DNA of 63,775 nt, filler included, from Atractiella rhizophila (lineage: Eukaryota): the NCBI GenBank assembly GCA_021432655.1. It is 4 parts of 4 records of this genome, joined end to end, with 100 filler letters (N's around TTAATTAATTAA, not from the genome) between each part and the next. Parts side by side here need not be neighbours in the genome. Positions count along the whole stretch, not along the records: positions 54,391 to 60,895 come from MU271824.1; positions 60,996 to 63,775 come from MU271854.1; 2 more parts are not named here. The stretch is one strand, 5' to 3'. The notes below the pieces were generated by a model that saw nothing but the letters and a program-made list of their open reading frames with translations, was not told the origin of the DNA and did no database searches. This document shows, one piece after another, positions 55,430-63,775 of the stretch. The position numbers and the translations under genes are program-made. How positions within the stretch are numbered: position 1 is the first letter of the stretch; every line of letters starts with the position of its first letter.

Positions 55430-56696
55430 ATGCTCTCTACCAATAGCACACTAGCACCTTCTTCTTCTCTCTACCGGGCGAAGGGGGCCATCTTTGCGAT
55501 CTTTTCCGACGATGACCTCCTTGGCCAACAATCCGTACCGCAACGGTCTTTCGAGCCTGCTTCTTCTAAACCTATTAGAAAGGCAAAAGGAGTCTTAGGC
55601 GAACGCCAGACCTCATCAGGATCCGAAGTCAAAGTCTTTCTGGACAGCGGTGCGTCGTTTCTGAAAGCGGAAAGAAAGGGGGATGGCGTTGAGACTGGTG
55701 TGGATGACCTCGTTTCCGGTCTCTCCTTTGTAGAGATCAACGATGACTCGAACAAGGAGAATGCCTCTATGTTTCCTCCGGTTGTTTCCGGAAAGAAGAA
55801 ATCCGCGCTGACTTCAAAAGCTCCTTCGATGAAGAAAAAAGGGGAGCGCAACCCTCTCTCTTCCAAACCTATCATCACATCCGAGAAGCCCAAATCCAAA
55901 GCTCCCCTCACCTCAAAAAGTGTCGCATCGACCGAAAAGCGTTCAAAACCGAAGAAGACGCTGACGAGTTCCAATGGTATCTGCACAGGGACCCTTGTCG
56001 AAAAGGAGTTCCCGTGGCATCTCAACCCTGGTCTAAAAGACGAGAAGGACGAGATGGAAGAGCTCCTAAGAGCAGAGAAGGAGATGTTTGAGATGAAAGC
56101 TCAACGCGCCAAGGACGCCAATAGGATTGCGAAGGAGTTGACAGAAAGTCCGCTGGCCGAGATTACCAAGGCTTACACTGGTTCAGGTGCTTTCAAGGTT
56201 AGTCTGTTCGAATAACCTCTGAGCAGTTTTGATTGACTGGTTTGTGTCAAAGGTGCTTTGTGAGGACGATCCCGAAACCGTGCCTTTATCCATCCCTTCC
56301 CCTTTGCATTCCTCCGAAAGCCAAAGCAGCGCCGTATCCGTCCTCTCTGCCTCCGACAGCGATACCCCTACTTTCCCCACCAAGACGACCTCCAAACTAC
56401 CCCCACGTGTCCTCAAGACAAAGGAAGGCACCAACATGAAAGTGAAGGAGAGTGGCGGGTTGAAGGTCAAAGAGGGAAGGGTGGCTTTGAAGTCCAAGTC
56501 TGAGAATGGAAAGTGGGTTACCAAAAAGGCGGAAGGAAAAGTCCATTCAAAGTCGAAGGACGCCATTGACACTGAAAACGGAGCCCCGCGGAAGCTGGAG
56601 GGGAGGAGACCCTTGGGTCAGAAAAGCACCAACCCGCTCAGGCAAGGCCCATACGGTGTTCCTGTCAAGCAATCGGAGAAGAAGCGTTGGGTTTAA
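55430..56696 (+). CDS. Disordered Lys/Ser-rich protein with ABBA-, KEN- and D-box-like motifs (two exons)
   Basis: ORF from ATG 55430, intron ~56198-56252, second exon to TAA 56696. Motifs FAIFSD, SNKEN and RRPLGQKSTN. Confidence 0.65.
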
Positions 56697-57193
56697 TCTC
56701 GCCTCACTTTCTCCCCCTTGCCTATGCTAATTCCCTCCCTCTTCATGCAACTACGCGGTATGCCTCTACTATAGCATTTTCTTGGTCTACTTTTTTATCT
56801 GGTTTTCTTGATATGTCTCTTCTCTTTCTCTATCATGGCGTCTTCTTCGCATAGTCATAATTCACCTACATATCAGACAAGCAATGAGTACCTGTATCTA
56901 TCAAGCACTCTCCAATTGAGGCTAAAAGAATCGCTATCGCTACAATGTGTCCATGGCATGAATTTGAAGTCGACGCGTCCACACACGTGATGCTTTCCAT
57001 TCCATACATTCTAATTCTATTGCTCTAGTCCTGTGTACTATCGGGTAGTTACTTTCTCGGTTCTAGCTTCCACCAATAGAAGACGAGATTTTGTCGAGGG
57101 CAAGTTAAGAGGATTCAAGCTTGTCTGAACCCTTTCGCTCTCCCCGCACGACGTGGCAGAAGAACTGAACACTCTTTTCAAGTTCGCAGCACA

Positions 57194-58921
57194 ATGGGAG
57201 GAAAGAAGGCGAGCACCACGAAGGATGACCCGAAGACGTCAAAACCTGTCGACAGGATGGACCTGCACGAGTACTACGAGTTCGGTGGACCCATTGGAAC
57301 TTTCGCTATGATGACGGTCTTTCCAGTACTGATGTATTACTTCTGGATCTGCCTTCACTTCAACGATGGTAAATTGGCAATGCCTCTCAAGGGAGAGTCT
57401 GTTGGAGATGCCGTATTGCGCTGGTGGGGTTTACTTCAAGAGGTGCGTCAACTCTGTATATTCTGGGGAAGTCCGGTCATTGAATGAGCGTATCAAGCAC
57501 GCCGCTCCGACTGGAAGGGCTTTTCAGCTTTATGGAGGTCTCATGGTGTATCAAATTGTATTGGCGTTCATAATGCCGGGTTACAAGCAAGAGGGACTCC
57601 CAGTCACATCGCTTGGTTGGATTTCTTGGCCCATTCAGTGTCTTGGGCCCTGCTGACCTTGAGGTAGGTGGCAGGACGCTAATGTACAACTGCAACGCTC
57701 TGCCCTGCCTTTACGCGACGTGTGTCACGACAGCGGCCCTCCACTACTTTGACATTGTCCACCTTGCGGAGCTCATCGACCGGTTCGGCGAACTTATGAC
57801 TGTCTCCATGATCTTCGGCTTTGGTGTCGCTGCATTCTTCTACATCTTCACAATCGCTCGAGGAGAGCAAGTGCGCATGTCCGGAAATCTAATCTACGAT
57901 TACTTCATGGGCGCTGCTTTGAATCCAAGAATCGGAAGTGTCGACGTCAAGATGTGGTGCGAGGTCCGGATCCCTTGGGTTCTCATGTTCTTGATGAGTC
58001 TTGCTGGGGCGAGCAAACAATACGACACGTACGGATATGTCAGCCCCAATCAAGCATTTATGTGCCTTGCAACCGGACTCTACATCAACGCTTGTGCAAA
58101 GGTACCCCATCCTGTCCCAAGCGCGAACCAAACTCACAACATGGCAGGGCGAAGAGTGCATCCCACAGACCTGGGACATGGTGCACGAGAAGTTCGGATG
58201 GCTTCTTTCTTGTGAGCTTTGCTGGCATTCTTTGGCCTAATTGACACCTTTTTTCAGTCTGGAACCTGTCCGGAGTGCCGTTCATGTACACCTACTCCAT
58301 CGTTTACATGGCGACTCACAACCCGGAAGTGTATCGCTTTTCCACTTCCACTTACGTGCTTTTGTACACAACATTGATGGTAGCCCACATTATGTGAGTC
58401 CGATCCCTTTCGTTGAACAACACGCCAATCCCTGTGGCCAGCTTCGACACATCCATGGCTCAAAAATCCAAATTTAAGGCTCAACAAACCGGAACCTATC
58501 AACCGCGTTATGCTTTCCCTCAATGGCCGGGCAGCATCGTCAAAAACCCAACTTTCATCCAGACCAAGCGGGGAAGCAAACTGCTGACCGGCGGATGGTG
58601 GGCATATCTTCGCAAACCCGTATGTTCAACCGTCCCTTTTTACTACTCCCGCTGACCCAGCGCAGAATTACAGCGCCGATTCCGTTCAACTCGCAACTTG
58701 GGCATTGTGCTCTGGGTTCGGCTCCATTCTGCCTTACTGGCTTCCATTCTTCTTCTTCGCCATGTTGATCCATCGTTGTTCGCGGGACTTTGAGCGATGC
58801 TCCAAAAAGTATGGAGAAGATTGGGATCGGTACTGCAAAGTTGTTCCTTACAGGTTGGTGCCTCCTCTCTTGATGGGTCACTGGCTGATCGGGGTTCAGG
58901 TTCATCCCTTACGTTTACTGA
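57194..58921 (+). CDS. ERG4: Delta24(24-1)-sterol reductase (multi-exon)
   Basis: [73 protein letters not shown] and FIPYVY*. Confidence 0.95.
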
Positions 58922-59145
58922 AGCACTTCATTTATCTATTTATTGGAGGCGCTTGCAAAATGTGGCCAGACTGATCCATTACAAACTATCCTAACACAAA
59001 CTAGCAACATCTTGACAAAACTGCTGTTTCAAAAATCGAAAAAGTCACTGAAACAACACAGTCTGGACATTCGAAAAACAAAACACTGAGGTACTTGAAC
59101 GAAAGTATCCATGTCACAAATCGACATCTAAAATTCAAAGTCGAA

Positions 59146-60895
59146 CTACTCTTCAATCCCAAAGAGTCCCTTAACATCAGCTTTCTCCTCTCGTGCCTCG
59201 ACAGCTCCAGCTCTCACGCTCTTGGGACTCTTACTCCCCAAGAACCGCAAGCTCCCAACCTTGCCACCTTCCTGAGAGATGAAGGATCCTGGCGTGGATG
59301 GTGCAGTGCTACGTCGCATGGGGACAGGCGGCCAAAACCAAGACGCTGGGGAGGTATTAGATCGAGAAAGGTTGGAAGAAGAGGCGGTTGGTTCAGACTG
59401 CCAATCGTTTGGGTCGACGAGGACGGCATCTGAGTCCTCCGGCTCTTCAGCGACTGTGAGGGAAGAAGTGGAACCTGGGAGAGTTGTGGGGGACATCTTC
59501 GGGGTGGAGGCCAAGGAGAGGGTGGAGGAGCGACGAGATTTAACTGATACAGTATCGACGTCGAAAATGTCCGCCCATCGTTCGATCAGAGTCTTTACGA
59601 CCCCTCCAAGCGTCACTGGTCCATCTTCGGCCGTCTTCGATACCTCTCCGGTCATTATTGATGGTGGATTCGGCACCAAGCAGAGCTTCCCATCCAACTT
59701 GATGTCGTCCGACTTGAGCAGGACGGGAGTGATGCAAACCGCGAGGTTGTGCGAGTTCATCAGGTTCTTGGATTCCTTCTCCTTCACATCCGCCAGCAGA
59801 CGCATCACCTCCGCAAGCAGGACGCGGTTGCAGGCAGGCTCCAATCTCCCTACGATCTCACGCCGAATGTATCTCGTCGACTCGTCCGATGATAGCGGAG
59901 GACATGCCTGGATGGTTTGGTATGTCGAGCGGGGAAAGAGAGGACGGGGCAGCAGGCCAAGAAAGATCTTGATGAGAGACGAGGCAAGAAAAGGAGAGTC
60001 GGTAAAGGCAGATAGGTTGACAGGGTTCCCACGATCGTATGCTTCTTGGACAGAACGGACAACTGACGTCTTGGGAGAGCGCCGGAATAGACCTTCTGTC
60101 TCCAAACCTAAGCAAGATTGTTTATTCGTGACAGTTGCCCTAGAGAGAAGATGCGACAAACCTTCAGCGCGCAAGTGCTGGAAGCAATCTAGCAAAATAG
60201 GCGGCAGCCCTAATTGGCCCTTGTAACCCATGAGCTTCTCCAGAGGCACACCGAATTGTTTCTTAGGCTCCAATTTTGCCTTGAGAGAGGGTGGTAGCGT
60301 AATCCAGGTCTCTAGCTTAGCATTTACCTCATAGACCTGAGGAGGAATCTCAATCCTTCCAAAAGGGTAAGTTAAGCATAATGAAGACAGAGCCACATAC
60401 TGTGAGATGTCGACGCCTTGCGCCGCAAGAGCGGAAATGTTAGAGCACCTAGTTCCCATCGTCGTAAGTTGCAGCACACATTGACGGACATGACATGCCA
60501 TTTTATCTTGCGTGCCGTCTTGGGCGACAACAGGGTTGTAAGAAACAGGGTAAGTAGCATCTGTCGGCCCAAAGAGTGCTCAGTTTGGCAAAGTTTGCAC
60601 GTCTGTGATAAACGAACGAACCTTCAGCCATCCATATCGCTCGTTTCCTCCCACTATGTATAGGGCTTTGATATTTTTACGCGCCTCCCTTGGAAGGTTT
60701 AGATATGTCCGAGTGAGAAGGGTAAGCGGCGGAGGGTTCGCGACTGGATTGGCAAAGATGACCTATATAGGTCATTCAGACTGAGATCCAGTACAAGGTT
60801 TAACAACCACATACCACTTCATAATTCCCTCCCCAAAACACCTCTAATCGCCGTGTGATTCGTTGCATTAACCGGGATGGATCGACAGTGGACTT
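59146..60895 (-). CDS. BCH(CRAL-TRIO_2)-RhoGAP protein, 3' part (cut by spacer)
   Basis: NYEVV..FANPV..YRKNIKALYIV, IEIPPQVYEVN, FGVPLEKLMG, EGLFRRSP, ASSLIKIFL and NLMNSHNLAVCITP. Confidence 0.88.
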
Positions 60896-60995
60896 NNNNN
60901 NNNNNNNNNNNNNNNNNNNNNNNNNNNNNNNNNNNNNNNTTAATTAATTAANNNNNNNNNNNNNNNNNNNNNNNNNNNNNNNNNNNNNNNNNNNN
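60896..60995. other. Artificial contig spacer N44-TTAATTAATTAA-N44
   Basis: Same 100-nt linker; RhoGAP and EMC1 are both truncated at it. Confidence 0.97.
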
Positions 60996-62801
60996 GCCAA
61001 CTTCCAACATCTCACTCCCAACCCCAAATCATCCCCCATGATGTCCGGATCCACCTTTCCCTTCAAACAATCCATATACGGGAAGGCGATTGCGGTTCGT
61101 TTTCCTCTCCTTCCCTTCCTCCCCGGCTGCTCTGCAAATTCAAGTGTAACTTCTGATTGTCTTGACGTGACAGGCAACCATTGAACTCAAGCCCTCCGCC
61201 TCTGGCGCGCTCGCGAGTCGCATAATGATGTATACGGACCAAGGCACCATGCAGTTATGGCAGGAGGGAAGGGAGATGTGGACGCGCGAAGAAGGAATGA
61301 CAAAGTGGGGAGAAGGCAGGGTCGTCCTTTTGGAGGACCCTGAGGAAGTTGTGGAAAAGTTGGAACATGACGCAGCTGAGGTACGTTTGAATACGCTTTC
61401 TCCTTTTCAAAAGCGGAAGGGAAATGATATTCGGACCGTACCGCAGATTCCGTTGCCCTTCATGAGCCTTGCTGGAAACGTATCTCTTGCGGAAAGAACG
61501 GGAAAACCGATCGCTGTCGGCTCCAGCCTTAACGGATTGGTGCATGCGCTCGATATGAGCGAGGAGGCGAAAGGGAAGGTTCTCTGGTGTCTCTCGCTCG
61601 GTGCTGGTGTGGAAATCGAGAAGGTGGAGCGAGCGGAGGAAGGTGGACGCGTCGAGGTGTTCTCGAGGCAGAGGAGATGGACCATTGAAGCTAAGACCGG
61701 ACGAGTTATACTCGACCTACCACGTCCACCCGTGAAGAGATATGATGTCGAACCCAAGACTGTCGACGTAATCAAAAGTTCGTATCCCTTCCTTCTGCCT
61801 CGAACTAAAACCGTGAATGCTCATTTAAGCGACGTGGAATAGCTGTTGTTACTTCTCCTATCCGTACGCTCGGAGATGGCACGCACCTGGTGAAATACCT
61901 CAATCCACACCTCCAAGCACGCCTACTTGGCACAGCCCTCGAGATCGTTGATTCGTCGACAGGCTCTCTGATTGACCAGTACGCGGTGGCGGCGACGCAC
62001 GCTCTTCTTGCGGAGAACTGGCTCATCTTTACTTACGAGCCGAGCGAAGTCGGCAGATGGACTACCATCGTTAGTGTGGAATATTATTGGGATCAGAAAG
62101 AGTCAGGGTTAGTTTCGTTCTTTGTCCCTCGTCAGCCCACTGACTTAGCCATAATGTTGCCATTTCTAGAGTGATGAAGATCGAGCAAGCTTTCCGATGG
62201 GTCGGAGGAGTGAAGACACTTGGAATTACCAGTACGCGAATGGGAATCACGACAAAGAACCTGCTCGGTGTGTCTCTCCTTCCCATCTCGCAAAGTACAC
62301 ACGGCTGATTATGGTGGTGTTTGATATTTGAAGTGGCAACTGAAAATGGTCAAGTGTACAACATTCCACGCAAGTTCCTCGACCCACGTCGGCCGATCGG
62401 AAAGCCCTCGAAAGATGATCAGGAAGAGATGCTCATCCCTTACGATCCTGTCATTCCCCCCGAACCACGTTGGATCGTTTCAGGCCCTTCACAGGTACGT
62501 TTCATCTTTGTTCCTCACGACCTTCCCGGAGTGCTGACCGCCGACATCTCCGATGGCACAGGTGCTTGGTGTGGAAGGAGTCGTGTCTGCGCCGAGCAGG
62601 CTTGAATCTACATCCTTCGTGCTCGCTTATGGCGCGGATCTGTTCCTCGATACCGTGGCTCCCAGTCAACCTTTCGATATCCTATCGGACAGCTTTAATA
62701 AACATCAACTTGTGGGGACTATCGCTGGTTTGATGCTTGGGGTGGGCATTACGAGACCCATGGTGAAGAAGAAGCAGCTAAGGGCAAAATGGTATTCGTA
62801 G
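60996..62801 (+). CDS. EMC1: ER membrane protein complex subunit 1, 3' part
   Basis: WTREEG, KYLNPH, ENWLIFTY, TRMGITTKNLL, FLDPRRP, EEMLIPYDP, LESTSFVLAYGADLF and PSQPFDILSDSFNK followed by the C-terminal TM. Confidence 0.92.
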
Positions 62802-62884
62802 AGTACATTTACATCGTAATGATATTTGTTTGTTACATATCCTCCAAGCCAAGTCATTCTGAACGATAACGGTCGCTCTTTAAT

Positions 62885-63775
62885 TTACCAATGGGATAGT
62901 AGGAAGTCGTACATCCCTTTCATCTCGCTCGTCTCAGAGTCGTCGAACTCGTGATCCGCGCCGTCGATTTCGTCGTATACGTGTTCCACGCCAACCGCAC
63001 GCATTTTCTCGACCAACTTCATAAGAGGGTTCTTCAGAGTGAAGCTGCATACAGGAAGAGGAACTAAGCTCACCGACCGGGATTGTTCGACTCCAGCCCA
63101 AATATCAGCGGATCCATGTGTGACATACGTCTATGAAATCCATCGTCAACTAAACAGCGGGCTAGATATCAACCAGAGAGTAACGGACAGGTGGAAAGTC
63201 TTTCGTCAACCTTTTCGCCGGCACATGCTTCTCTTCATCCATCCTCAACAGCGTGGCCAGATTGCCTTCCTGGACCATCCACGAGTAGATGTTCCACCTA
63301 TCTCCGTTCCCAACCTCTCTATGAGGGTTTCGATACTCGCTCAACACCTCTCCTTCCACGTCGAGGTGTGCCGCTAAATCGGAGGTGTTGGATTGGGAGA
63401 AGGAAGGGCGGGGAGTGGTGAAAAAGGGACCGAGAGGGTTCGTGATCGGGTAGAGGCAGAGAGTGGATTTTGGTTTTGGAGATATGGAGGGGGAGAGTGA
63501 GAGGAGGAGAGCGAGGTATCCCCCTGCGTCCACTTGGATTGGCATGATCTGGCTCGGAGGAAGCAAAGAACGAACCTGCGGAGGATCCGCTCAAGGCGTA
63601 CCGCGTCCTGTCGAGTTGATACCCTTCTGGAAGGAGGGAGGGAAGTTCTGATAAGGTCCAGGAAATGGCGGATTCTCCATCTTCTATCACCTGCTGGAGT
63701 GTGGCTTGTGGTGCCAGACGATAGTCAGGGCATACGAGGGCGAAACCGTACTTTTCTGCCTGGCAACATCGTCAC
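62885..63775 (-). CDS. Alpha/beta hydrolase (HSL/esterase-like), 3' part
   Basis: PDYRLAPQ, nucleophile elbow GSSAG/GYLAL, HGSAD and DGADHEFD (catalytic His). The 5' end is outside the window. Confidence 0.85.

Noticed and set aside
59279..60226. 315-aa plus-strand ORF and similar antisense ORFs (e.g. 55471-56025, 9499-9951, 22462-22938)
   Set aside because: These are shadows of well-supported genes on the opposite strand, with no independent motifs.

Overview
Eukaryotic, intron-rich fungal DNA. Short (~50-80 nt) introns with GTGCGT/GTACGT/GTGAGT donors and the gene content point to a basidiomycete; the taxon is an inference. The window is a concatenation of at least four contigs joined by artificial N44-TTAATTAATTAA-N44 spacers (27112, 54291, 60896), so synteny across those points is not trustworthy. 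The first ~21 kb looks accessory: a BTB protein, a disrupted FunK1-type kinase, and four F-box genes (three are paralogs sharing an unnamed N-terminal domain), with HSP104 and its heat-shock element in the middle. The rest holds recognisable genes: serine racemase/SRY1-like, Git3/Gpr1-type GPCR, MRPL35 (mL38), a Pho80/Pcl-type cyclin, a YOR1-like ABCC transporter, an aldo-keto reductase, intron-containing tRNA-Gly(GCC), AVL9-like, an ADF-H protein, ERG4, a BCH-RhoGAP, EMC1 and an alpha/beta hydrolase. The best candidate for an undescribed system is a pair of small secreted peptide precursors (29033-29209 and 30069-30254). They have divergent pro-regions but a conserved C-terminal two-cysteine core, PxYCPW[ED]GTK[VA]KRCIGS, and lie divergently upstream of the orphan GPCR. 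A second candidate is a disordered protein carrying ABBA, KEN and D-box-like motifs (possible APC/C regulator). Gene models were spliced by eye, so boundaries are approximate.
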